A DNA stretch of 64,000 bases, taken from IMG/VR virus record IMGVR_UViG_3300046005_000547, positions 124,001-188,000 of that record; one strand, written 5' to 3'. Shown in pieces: positions 1-9,084 of the stretch (position 1 is its first letter; each line of letters starts with the position of its first letter). A model generated the notes under the pieces. The model saw only the letters and a list, made by a program, of their open reading frames with translations, did no database searches and was not told the origin of the DNA. A program made the translations under genes and the position numbers.

Positions 1-2025
1 CATTGGTGAAATACCATACACATCTTCATAAACATCATTTGCCAATAATGCGATTGCCGCAGGTACAGCAGTGGCAACTGAACCTAAACCAGATACGGCA
101 GCCAATCCTGCTCCAGCGATATCTCCTTTTACCAATCTACTGATACCTTCCCCAACACCTAATGCAGCACCAATCAATGGAATAGATTTACCCAACATCC
201 CGCCCATGGCAGCAGGTAATCTTTTGGCAATAGAGGTTCCAATCAATGCAGAAGCACTTCCTTTCAATTTATTTCCAACACCGCCCAATACTTTACCGCC
301 AACAGATTTAACTACTCCACCCATCTTACCAACAACTGTTGATTCCTTTACTCCATTAACAACATTAGACGCTAAATTTCCAATAGAAGAACCAGCAACC
401 ATGGCAGCAGTAGCTCCACCAATCGCCTTTACTCCAGTTGATAATGGTTTGAATTTACCTCCGATTTTGGAGGCAATATCTTTTGTTGATTTTCCAAAGG
501 ATTTAGCTTTGTTCTTTAATTTACCACCTTCTTTCTTAGCGTTACCACCAAACAACCCACCCAATAATGATGTATCGGATTCTTCTTTCTCATTGACCCC
601 AAATTTACCCATTTTCAACAATTTGAAAATTTCTGTTTGAACATTCAATTGATTTTGTAATACATCAAATGTTTTGGATTTCTGTAAATTATCTTCAATT
701 TGAGATTCGGAAACTTCATTCGATATATTAGTTGATTCTTTAGAGGTTTCTTTAATTGAATCAGATAACGATTTGATTTCATCTTGTGTATTGGAAACGA
801 CAGTTGTTATCTTAGAGGACTCTTTAATTGAATCAGATAACGATTTGATTTCATCTTGTGTATTGGAAACGACAGTTGTTATCTTAGAGGTTTCTTTAAT
901 TGAATCAGATAATGATTTATTTTCATCTTGAACTTTAGATTCAACAGTTGTTATCTTAGAGGACTCTTTAATTGAATCAGATAATGATTTGATTTCATCT
1001 TGAACTTTAGATTCAACAGTTTCCTTTTTAATTGGAGATTCAACTGGAGTCGATTGAGATGGAATATCTTTAACTGGCTCTTCTTTGACAAATGTTTTAT
1101 CCGTATCCTCTATCTGTTTTCTTAGAGAGGAAAGTTCTTCAGATAATGTTTTAAACACTTCATTGGATTCATCCGTTTTTGGTAAATCTTTAAATGTATT
1201 AAGTTTATCAAACAATTCATTGTATGATTGTTTCATATTCAATAACATTTTGGATTCTTTAATTAGATCTTTCTCAACATCAGAACGTTTTTTATCTTTC
1301 AATAATTCTGGATTTTGTTCTATTGCTTGTTGTGCATATTCTAAATGAGTTTCTTTTACATTTTGTGATTGTAATAATACATCTTTCAAACCAACAATGT
1401 CCGCAAGTTTCTGTATATTTTCATTGGACCCAAACGACAATCCTTTTGTACCAATTTGTTTTATCACAGAAGAGGTTTTGAATTCATTATATCTTGGATC
1501 TTCTTTTACATTATACTTTGGGTTGATTCGTTTAGCTTCTTTAATGTAATCTTTGAACGATTCTCTATTGGATAGATATTTTCCTAATTTTGAATCTTCT
1601 TTTACACCAATAACATTTGTTGCGAATTTCTTTAATGAAGAAAGATTACCAATTGCTGATTTTTTAAACAATGATGAGATTACATTATCCGATTTATCAA
1701 CATCATATTTACCAGAAGGTTTATTTGTTGGTTGTTCTTTTGGTTTTGATTCTGGTGCGTTATCTTTCAAAACGGGTTTCGATTCAATTCTATCTTTAAT
1801 CTCAGATAACAAATCTATCATCTTCATGGAATTGTTGAATTGTTTCTCTTCCGCGAACCTTTCTTCAAATTGAATTTCTTTATCGGATTTACCGCCTGAA
1901 AATCTATTTGTTTCGTTTAATGAGATTTCTATATATTGTATCGCATCGGCAATAGTCGTTGTGTTATCATCTAATGACGATAAATGTTGTAATTGTTTCT
2001 TTAGTATGGAATCGATACTAGACAT
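1..2025 (-). CDS. Baseplate hub / tape-measure-like protein (T4 gp29-like), 3' end outside window
   Basis: Minus frame starts MSSIDSILKKQLQHL at 2025, overlapping the gp51 stop; coiled-coil then Gly/Ala-rich composition; position after gp26-gp51. Absent from ORF track because it runs off the edge. Confidence 0.65.
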   Translation of the reverse strand, partial: MSSIDSILKKQLQHLSSLDDNTTTIADAIQYIEISLNETNRFSGGKSDKEIQFEERFAEEKQFNNSMKMIDLLSEIKDRIESKPVLKDNAPESKPKEQPTNKPSGKYDVDKSDNVISSLFKKSAIGNLSSLKKFATNVIGVKEDSKLGKYLSNRESFKDYIKEAKRINPKYNVKEDPRYNEFKTSSVIKQIGTKGLSFGSNENIQKLADIVGLKDVLLQSQNVKETHLEYAQQAIEQNPELLKDKKRSDVEKDLIKESKMLLNMKQSYNELFDKLNTFKDLPKTDESNEVFKTLSEELSSLRKQIEDTDKTFVKEEPVKDIPSQSTPVESPIKKETVESKVQDEIKSLSDSIKESSKITTVESKVQDENKSLSDSIKETSKITTVVSNTQDEIKSLSDSIKESSKITTVVSNTQDEIKSLSDSIKETSKESTNISNEVSESQIEDNLQKSKTFDVLQNQLNVQTEIFKLLKMGKFGVNEKEESDTSLLGGLFGGNAKKEGGKLKNKAKSFGKSTKDIASKIGGKFKPLSTGVKAIGGATAAMVAGSSIGNLASNVVNGVKESTVVGKMGGVVKSVGGKVLGGVGNKLKGSASALIGTSIAKRLPAAMGGMLGKSIPLIGAALGVGEGISRLVKGDIAGAGLAAVSGLGSVATAVPAAIALLANDVYEDVYGISPM
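749..1022. repeat. 72-bp (24-codon) tandem repeat, ~4 copies, inside the gp29-like gene
   Basis: TCTTTAATTGAATCAGATAA recurs at 749, 821, 893, 965. Confidence 0.95.
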
Positions 2026-2206
2026 TATTCTTTCCTTTCTTTAATCGGTCTTGTTCTTCTTTTAAATGATTCATCAATAAAGAAACATACACTTCGCGTT
2101 CAAATGGTAACATTGTCTCTATGTCATATAGACTATAATTATGATGTTGCATTAAAGAGAAATTCATCTTATAATGATTCATCAAATTATCATGACATAG
2201 AGCCAT
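2018..2206 (-). CDS. gp51: Baseplate hub assembly protein, short gp51-like
   Basis: NLMNHYKMNFSLMQHHNYSLYDIETMLPFEREVY signature; directly after gp26. Confidence 0.85.
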   Translation of the reverse strand: MALCHDNLMNHYKMNFSLMQHHNYSLYDIETMLPFEREVYVSLLMNHLKEEQDRLKKGKNNV

Positions 2207-2925
2207 TAAAAAAAATGTTCAATACCTTCCATAACTTTATCATGAACCAATCCACATTTAGGGCATGTATATTTCACTGATTGTGATAGTTTAGGCATCG
2301 TCTGGAAGAATAACATAATCTTTGTTAACATATCATCAGTCATATCTTCAACAAATTGAGATAATTCAATTTTCCATTTATCATCTGGTGTATTTTCTTG
2401 TCTGTATAATTCAGAATCATCATAGATATAATCAATGGAATCGATAATCATATCAAACGCTAATTGATAATCTTCTGTTTCCAAATCATTGAATTTCTTT
2501 AAGATAGCGAATGATGGATACTTCATTACGATACCAACATCATCAAATAATGGGATACGTTTTGAATGATTTTCATTTTTAACAATTTTGATATTTGTTA
2601 AATTAAATGAAACCTTCACTCTGGCTTTCTCATCATCACATTCATCACAAGCAAAAATCAATTCCGATATTTCACCAACACTCTTAGATCTTATCTGTAA
2701 AAATAAGTATTCAACATCAAAGATTGCCAATTTATAATCTAACTTGGTTACAAGGCAATTATCGACGATATCCGTAATTGTATCCAACATAACATCTTGG
2801 TCTTCAGATTGTTGAGCCAATAATAGATTCTTCTCGTCCTTCACGGTAAATGGTTTGAATTTAACGGTTTCTTCTGTTGAAGGTAAGATTGTTGTATAAA
2901 TTGGTAAATTAACTTTTGGTAACAT
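2206..2925 (-). CDS. gp26: Baseplate hub subunit gp26
   Basis: LPKVNLPIY..KFKPFTVKDEK, DVEYLFLQIRSKSVGE, two CxxC pairs, C-terminal EGIEHFF. Confidence 0.9.
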   Translation of the reverse strand: MLPKVNLPIYTTILPSTEETVKFKPFTVKDEKNLLLAQQSEDQDVMLDTITDIVDNCLVTKLDYKLAIFDVEYLFLQIRSKSVGEISELIFACDECDDEKARVKVSFNLTNIKIVKNENHSKRIPLFDDVGIVMKYPSFAILKKFNDLETEDYQLAFDMIIDSIDYIYDDSELYRQENTPDDKWKIELSQFVEDMTDDMLTKIMLFFQTMPKLSQSVKYTCPKCGLVHDKVMEGIEHFF

Positions 2926-3385
2926 TTTTCATTCCCATTTGTTCAATGATATTATTCAAGTCGGCTGTAGTGCCGACAAACATAGTGTTATTCGTAACGG
3001 TTGCTGCTGGAGTATTAGTTGGTTGAGACACTTCTTTCTTCTTGACACTATCGTCCAAGTATTGGCGTTTTTGATGAAGACTTAAAATCTGTGAATTCAT
3101 CTCAGTCAATTGTTTCATAATGGTTGCAGCAACTTCAAATGATTTTGGTTGTTCAGATTCCCTTGCTATATGAATTGCGTCTTCTAATAGGTCAGTTCCT
3201 TGACTTAACAATTCATACATGTTGCGTCTGACTTGGTCAAAATCTTTCTCTTTTTGTTCTTCTGTTCCTAATTCAACAATTGGAACAATAGATGATTCCT
3301 TATATTCCACTGTTGTGATTTCACCTTCAATAGGTTCTTCTTCTAAATTGAATATCTTGGACATATTATCACTCAATTTACTCAT
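2909..3385 (-). CDS. gp16: Terminase small subunit (gp16-like)
   Basis: DFDQVRRNM..ARESEQPKSFEVAAT..TNNTMFVGTTADL, typical of T4-type TerS. Confidence 0.8.
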   Translation of the reverse strand: MSKLSDNMSKIFNLEEEPIEGEITTVEYKESSIVPIVELGTEEQKEKDFDQVRRNMYELLSQGTDLLEDAIHIARESEQPKSFEVAATIMKQLTEMNSQILSLHQKRQYLDDSVKKKEVSQPTNTPAATVTNNTMFVGTTADLNNIIEQMGMKNVTKS

Positions 3386-3397
3386 GTTGTAATATCC

Positions 3398-4009
3398 TTA
3401 TCGTTTAGACGCATCCGAAATTGGATCTATTGTATAGTATTTGTATGTCATTGTGACGGGCATCTCCGCGAATCCTTCTGAATCATAAGATAACGTCATT
3501 TCACCTAATGTCTTAGGATAACATTCATGTAACGTCAATTTAAATCGTTCATTGGTTGTCCTACCTAAACGTTCCATTGAAGATTTAGACGCACCATCAT
3601 TTACGGTGATAGTTATTGTTGCGATATAATTATCATAGTATTCTTGTACTCTGGTTTTAGTGTTGATTATACCACCAATCCAGTTTTCAAAGAATCGTTT
3701 AATCTTTAAATCAATATCCATCATAAATGTTAATGTTAAATTATCAAATGCTCTTTGATACGGAACTTCTCTGTTCTCACCAAACGTGGCAACTTCATTA
3801 GTCAATAAATTAGTGCCTGGTAAAGACGTTGCTTTACAGTACATCATATATTTCCCATCCAATGGATCCGCAATTTGTTTAACATTACCGCCTGGATCTT
3901 TAAAGATTTTCGGGGGATTTACAATATCAACATCATAATGACTTGATTTACTCAACCCTTCATTTTTGGTCAATGAAATGAATTCGTCTAATGTATTTCT
4001 AGATGACAT
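3398..4009 (-). CDS. gp54: Baseplate-tail tube initiator (gp54-like, tube fold)
   Basis: SLPG..PYQRAFDNLTLTF..FENW..YPKTLGEMTLSY..VTMTYKYY; module context. Confidence 0.7.
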   Translation of the reverse strand: MSSRNTLDEFISLTKNEGLSKSSHYDVDIVNPPKIFKDPGGNVKQIADPLDGKYMMYCKATSLPGTNLLTNEVATFGENREVPYQRAFDNLTLTFMMDIDLKIKRFFENWIGGIINTKTRVQEYYDNYIATITITVNDGASKSSMERLGRTTNERFKLTLHECYPKTLGEMTLSYDSEGFAEMPVTMTYKYYTIDPISDASKR

Positions 4010-4825
4010 TTAGTAACTCCATACTTGTTTTGCCGTAGCTCCCGTAAATAGCTCGTTTGGTAAGAGTACCGAGACTATCCAATTATCAGAATGAATCTTT
4101 TTCAACGGAGTTCTTAAATGTGAATACAAATATCTATGTACACATTTTTCAAATTTCTTATGATGTGCCATTTTTTGTAATAGATTATATGATAATTTCA
4201 ATTTGGTACTAACATCTGTTCTTTTACTTACAGCAATAGATTGTAATTCATCAAGTAAGATTATCCTGTCTTTATAATGGACGTAATGGAAGTTGATGCC
4301 GATAAATCCATCTGGTAGGATTCTGAACGGAAATACCAACGGAAATTTATCCCAGTAAGGTAAAATGTCTTTATGTTTGGCATCATAATAGAAAGAATAC
4401 ATAACACCAATTTCTGGTTTTAATGTGGTAGTGCCTCTTACGGACGCATCATTAGAACTTGCCAATTTTTTAACTTCAGAATTGAACCAAGCCTTTGATT
4501 GTTTTCTTAATTCAGAAATCTCGTATGAACTTGCTCTGGACAATTTATCTTTAATTGTTCTTTGTTGTTCTTTACGTTCTGGTGTTGGTTTCTTTTCAAC
4601 AGGTTTGATTGGTTCTTCTTTTGGAAGTTCCTTAGTTGGTTTTAATCTAACTTTGACTTTCTTTGCTGGTATTGATTTTGGTGTTTCTTTGGGTTCTTCT
4701 TTTGGAACCTTTAATCTAACTTTTAATTTTGGAGTAGGAGGAACTTGTTTTGGTTCTTCTTTTGGAGTTTCCTTCGGTGTCTTTAATTTGATTTTTAATT
4801 TTGGTTTTGTTTCTTGTTCGTTCAT
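4010..4825 (-). CDS. gp2: DNA end protector protein gp2 with K/P/E-rich N-terminal extension
   Basis: YYDAKHKDILPYWDKFPLVF..GINFHY..HRYL. Confidence 0.9.
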   Translation of the reverse strand: MNEQETKPKLKIKLKTPKETPKEEPKQVPPTPKLKVRLKVPKEEPKETPKSIPAKKVKVRLKPTKELPKEEPIKPVEKKPTPERKEQQRTIKDKLSRASSYEISELRKQSKAWFNSEVKKLASSNDASVRGTTTLKPEIGVMYSFYYDAKHKDILPYWDKFPLVFPFRILPDGFIGINFHYVHYKDRIILLDELQSIAVSKRTDVSTKLKLSYNLLQKMAHHKKFEKCVHRYLYSHLRTPLKKIHSDNWIVSVLLPNELFTGATAKQVWSY

Positions 4826-5262
4826 TTGATTCCCAATTCATATTCTGTTAAGACAATAAATTCGTATCCTCTAACTTTACACCATTTATCCGCAGCTTCC
4901 CATTTAGACATATTCACCGCGTACACTTCCGTTTCTCGAATAAACGTCTTTCTTCTTCTACTGTTTGATGGATTTGCTTGAGAATGTGGTTTAATTTCAA
5001 CAAGGTAGGTTTTAACACCTTCTTTTGTTTTAATTGTCATTAGATTGTCTGGAAAATATCTATGCATCTTACCGTCTAATGGTGAAATATAGGGTATACA
5101 AAATGATTCAGACGACCAACTAATTACATTTGGATTTGAATCTACCCATTTACAAAAACGTCGTTCCCAAGAAGACCTTAAAATAATGGTAGACGGATCT
5201 CCAGCGTATTTTTCTGGATGTATTGGATTCCATTTAACTGGTTTAGGATATTTCTTTGCCAT
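4822..5262 (-). CDS. gp4: Head completion nuclease gp4 (TnsA-like PD-(D/E)xK)
   Basis: PEKYAGD..RSSWE..WSSE..IPYISPLDGKMHRYFPD..EIKP. Confidence 0.92.
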   Translation of the reverse strand: MAKKYPKPVKWNPIHPEKYAGDPSTIILRSSWERRFCKWVDSNPNVISWSSESFCIPYISPLDGKMHRYFPDNLMTIKTKEGVKTYLVEIKPHSQANPSNSRRRKTFIRETEVYAVNMSKWEAADKWCKVRGYEFIVLTEYELGIK

Positions 5263-5285
5263 TGATTCTTCCTTGTTTTATTGTT

Positions 5286-5301
5286 ATTTATGTATTAAAT
5301 A
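5286..5301. promoter_or_regulatory. Divergent T4-type late promoters (CATAAATA minus, ATTAAATA plus)
   Basis: TATAAATA variants back to back between gp4 and gp48. Confidence 0.6.
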
Positions 5302-5325
5302 ATACAAAACAAGAGGATATAACGA

Positions 5326-6354
5326 ATGCCGACATTACAACAGAGACGTTCCAATAAACAGTATTCAACTATTGGTTCCAAGACACAATTAATTGGTACA
5401 GAAGGTTCTAAATATAACATATCTTCTTATGTATATCCAATGGACATGCAGAATCCAGAAGAATATGGTGATAATTACGTTGTATTTTATGTTAATGTAC
5501 AAGAGAATTCTAAATTTGTACAAACAAAAAACATAGTGGAAGATGCGTTGAGAGTTCCAAAAACTATATCTCAAATTGCTAATTCTAGTATCGCAAGAGA
5601 TATTCTAAAGGCAATTAATCTATTGGACGCAAATACGCCAAAGGAAGAAGAAAAAACTACATCAGCTGATGCATCCAAAGATACAAAGGCTGCCGTTGAT
5701 GGGGTTCAAGCCAGTAACACAAAAGATAAGACTAATACAACAAAACGTATATCGGATGCTGTAATTTTACATATGCCCGTAGCTTTACAAGTTAGATACT
5801 CCGTGAATTATGACGAGATTGATTTAACTAAATTGACATTTGGATTGAATTTGATAGATCCTAACAGAGCAAATTCAATGGCAGGTACTGTTTCCACGGC
5901 AAAGGATATGTATTTGTTGAATAAGGATGATAAATTTAAAGCAGTGATGAATACCACCGTCAATCCAAAAACAGAATTGATTTTCAAATCTGTTGATTTA
6001 CGTCAATTTTCATTTTCATATAGATTTGCTCCGAAAAATGAAGCAGAAGCAGAAAATGTATTACGTATCATTGATTTATTCAAGACTCATATGCATCCAT
6101 CATATAAAGATGCTGATGGGTTCTTGTATATATTCCCTTCCGAATTTGATGTACAGTATTATTCAGGAACAGGTGAAAACACTGCATTACATAAACATAC
6201 ATCTTGCGTCTTGACTGGTATGACTGTTGATTATACACCAAATGGTTCTTTCAGTACATTTGCGGACGGAACTCCAACTCAGATTAACCTTACTTTGGAT
6301 TTCAAAGAATTAACAACTTTGGATAGCGGTTCAATTTCAGATTACGGATTCTAA
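5326..6354 (+). CDS. gp48: Baseplate tail tube cap gp48
   Basis: VNPKTELIFKSVDLRQFSFSYRFAPKNEAEA..IIDLFK..LDFKE. Confidence 0.88.
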   Translation: MPTLQQRRSNKQYSTIGSKTQLIGTEGSKYNISSYVYPMDMQNPEEYGDNYVVFYVNVQENSKFVQTKNIVEDALRVPKTISQIANSSIARDILKAINLLDANTPKEEEKTTSADASKDTKAAVDGVQASNTKDKTNTTKRISDAVILHMPVALQVRYSVNYDEIDLTKLTFGLNLIDPNRANSMAGTVSTAKDMYLLNKDDKFKAVMNTTVNPKTELIFKSVDLRQFSFSYRFAPKNEAEAENVLRIIDLFKTHMHPSYKDADGFLYIFPSEFDVQYYSGTGENTALHKHTSCVLTGMTVDYTPNGSFSTFADGTPTQINLTLDFKELTTLDSGSISDYGF

Positions 6355-6355
6355 A

Positions 6356-6937
6356 ATGTATTTTACAAATTTCAACAAAATAGATTATCCGTTTGTTAAT
6401 CCAGACGGAACAGTCAAAACAATTAACATTATTGATATATCAAAAAATGTTAGAATACGAAAATTGATGGAAGCTAATGTAACTACGTTCGAAGACTATA
6501 CAATCCAGAACGACGATACACCAGAAATTGTTTCCGAGAAATTATATGGATCTCCTTATTACCATTGGGTATTGATGTTGGTCAATTTCAAATTTCATTA
6601 TCTAAACGATTTCCCGATTTCATCAAAATCATTATTCAAATACGTAACGGATACATATGGTTCTGGTAAAGAATACGACACGCATCATTATGAACAAACA
6701 ATCAATGACATTAGATTAATCATAGATCCACCAGAAGAAGTCATCAAACCAATTGATGAGAATTCCCCGACGTATCAAGAAGATTTACAAAATTATAATT
6801 TGTATATTGATTTCATATCGAATCATAGAGTGACCAATTTAGACCACGAAACATTCTTAAACGATGAAAAAAGGAAAATCAAAGTGATTCCAAAAGTCGT
6901 TATTGATTCGATTATACAAGAGATGAATGCATTATGA
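6356..6937 (+). CDS. gp53: Baseplate wedge protein gp53
   Basis: MYFTNFNKIDY..DTPEIVSEKLYGSPYYHWVLM..NDEKRKIKV. Confidence 0.92.
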   Translation: MYFTNFNKIDYPFVNPDGTVKTINIIDISKNVRIRKLMEANVTTFEDYTIQNDDTPEIVSEKLYGSPYYHWVLMLVNFKFHYLNDFPISSKSLFKYVTDTYGSGKEYDTHHYEQTINDIRLIIDPPEEVIKPIDENSPTYQEDLQNYNLYIDFISNHRVTNLDHETFLNDEKRKIKVIPKVVIDSIIQEMNAL

Positions 6938-8274
6938 TTAGTAATCATGAATTAAAAAGTGCGGGTGAGATTCAGGTCAAGAAATCTTATCTGATTACAA
7001 AAGATAATGATTTTGTTGATATACAGAATCAAGTGATTTCATATAACATTTACGAGGATCTATTTTCTCCATTTATAACTGGTAATATCGTTATCCAAGA
7101 TCCTCTTAGTATGATTGCTAATTTACCAATCATCGGCGAAGAGTTCTTGGAATTACTATTTGTTACGCCTGAATTAGACCAGAAGAAAGATTCCATATCT
7201 GGTAAATTTGCGATCTATAAGATAACAGATTATGAATATCTTCAGAATAGATTAGTTGGATATGTTATACATTTTGTATCCAAAGAAGCAATCATCGATC
7301 TTAATGTTAAGATATCTAAGAAATTTGATGATAAATCTATATCACATATTGCTTCTGATATTCTAAAGATGTATTCGACGTTCCAAGGTAAACCAGACGA
7401 AGTTACAGAAGAACAATTGAGTAGATTCAACATAGAAGAAACCCAAAATGGACATACGTATATTTCAAATTATTGGAGTCCAGTTAAGAATCTTAATTAC
7501 CTCGCGGAACACGCTATAACCAAAAATAGAACATTACCAGATGGAACTGTTGTTCCTGGAACTCCTTCTTATCTATTCTTTGAAAATAAAAATGGATTGA
7601 ATTTTATATCGTTGGAATCATTGTATATGGGGGATTCAACCAGAACATTCACATATAATGATTTCAATAGAAATTTCTCGTCAGACGGTAGTTCCACTAG
7701 AGATATTGAACGTAATTATTCAAATGTAATTGAGTTGAAAATCATTGAAGCATTTAATTACATGGATAGAATTAGAGGTGGTGCATTTACATCAAATTTG
7801 AATGTATATAATCTTACAACGAAAACGTATAAATCTTTCAATTATGATTACAAAGACCATTATGATGAAAGTATTCGATTGAATCCGTTTTCTTCTGTAT
7901 CCAAAAAGGTAATATCAACCAATCAATCTTGTATGATTAATGTTCCTAAGATGAATGGAATATATTCGGGTAGTCTTCATAACATTTCTAATTCTAATGT
8001 TATACAAAAACGAATGTCTATAATGTCATTGGCGCATTCCATGAGAGTTCAGATTACCGTTTATGGTAGAACTGATTACACCGTTGGACAGAAAGTTACA
8101 TTAGATCTATATAGAGAAGAACCAACATATCAAGACGATATGGATCTGAAAGATAATACATTAAGTGGTAATTATATTATAGGATCGTTGAGGCATTTCA
8201 TCGATAGAACATATCATGAATGTGTAATGGAATTGATTAAAGATTCATCAATTGTAAATTTGAATAGAGGATAG
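6934..8274 (+). CDS. Baseplate hub protein (gp27-like)
   Basis: IYEDLFSPFITG..LPIIGEE..YLFFEN..LSGNYII; between gp53 and gp5. Confidence 0.75.
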   Translation: MISNHELKSAGEIQVKKSYLITKDNDFVDIQNQVISYNIYEDLFSPFITGNIVIQDPLSMIANLPIIGEEFLELLFVTPELDQKKDSISGKFAIYKITDYEYLQNRLVGYVIHFVSKEAIIDLNVKISKKFDDKSISHIASDILKMYSTFQGKPDEVTEEQLSRFNIEETQNGHTYISNYWSPVKNLNYLAEHAITKNRTLPDGTVVPGTPSYLFFENKNGLNFISLESLYMGDSTRTFTYNDFNRNFSSDGSSTRDIERNYSNVIELKIIEAFNYMDRIRGGAFTSNLNVYNLTTKTYKSFNYDYKDHYDESIRLNPFSSVSKKVISTNQSCMINVPKMNGIYSGSLHNISNSNVIQKRMSIMSLAHSMRVQITVYGRTDYTVGQKVTLDLYREEPTYQDDMDLKDNTLSGNYIIGSLRHFIDRTYHECVMELIKDSSIVNLNRG

Positions 8275-8277
8275 ATT

Positions 8278-9081
8278 GTGGGAAGATTATATACTGGAGT
8301 TGTTGAGGATAGACTAGATCCTCTTCAATTAGGTAGGGTGAGAGTAAGGATTCATGGTAATATGACATCCAATAAGAAAGAATTATCAACAGAAGATTTA
8401 CCTTGGAGTCCTGTGATGGGATCCGTCTATTCGGCTTCTATATCAGGATTAGGGCATGCTCCAGTTGGTATTGTACCTGGAACTACAATTGTCGGTCAAT
8501 ACTTGGATGATTATGAACAACAATTTCTGGTGATGGGAACATTATATGGAATATCCATGACCAAATCTGCTGAATCTATTTCTGAGATGACAGGAGGTGT
8601 TGTATTTACAGACGGAGAAGGATTATTGGATTCAACTATTGGTATCGTTGGATCTGCGTTGGATTTAATGATAGATTCGTCTGCTGCCGAAAATCTAGGT
8701 ATACCAAAAAATGATGAACAATCAAATGAGACTCTTCTTGAATTCTATAAAATGGTACAAGTTCCTATAACAGAATTAGATACCATATACGAAATAAGAG
8801 CAACATCCGATTTAGATAATTCTGGTGTAGTTTATTTTACTGGTAAATTCGATACCAATTTGAATAAATTTATATTCTATATGAACGAACCGTCGAAATG
8901 GGATAATGTTGATTCTGAAATGTTCTCAAATATAAATCCATCCGATGAAACAGATACCAAAAAATATATGTACTTTTTGTATTCAGAAAATCCACCGTTA
9001 GTTACAGACCATCCTGAATCTGATGTTGCATTGAATTTCTTCGATACAAATTTACCACCGAATAAAATGGTACAAGGATAA
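8278..9081 (+). CDS. gp5: gp5 N-terminal OB-fold part (split gene, part A)
   Basis: GVVEDRLDPLQLGRVRVRIHG..LPWS..SGLG motif of gp5/VgrG OB domain. Confidence 0.85.
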   Translation: MGRLYTGVVEDRLDPLQLGRVRVRIHGNMTSNKKELSTEDLPWSPVMGSVYSASISGLGHAPVGIVPGTTIVGQYLDDYEQQFLVMGTLYGISMTKSAESISEMTGGVVFTDGEGLLDSTIGIVGSALDLMIDSSAAENLGIPKNDEQSNETLLEFYKMVQVPITELDTIYEIRATSDLDNSGVVYFTGKFDTNLNKFIFYMNEPSKWDNVDSEMFSNINPSDETDTKKYMYFLYSENPPLVTDHPESDVALNFFDTNLPPNKMVQG

Positions 9082-9084
9082 TCC

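Noticed and set aside
71-1873. Plus-strand ORFs 71-640, 1085-1348, 1553-1873
   Set aside because: Antisense shadows of the long minus-strand gp29-like frame
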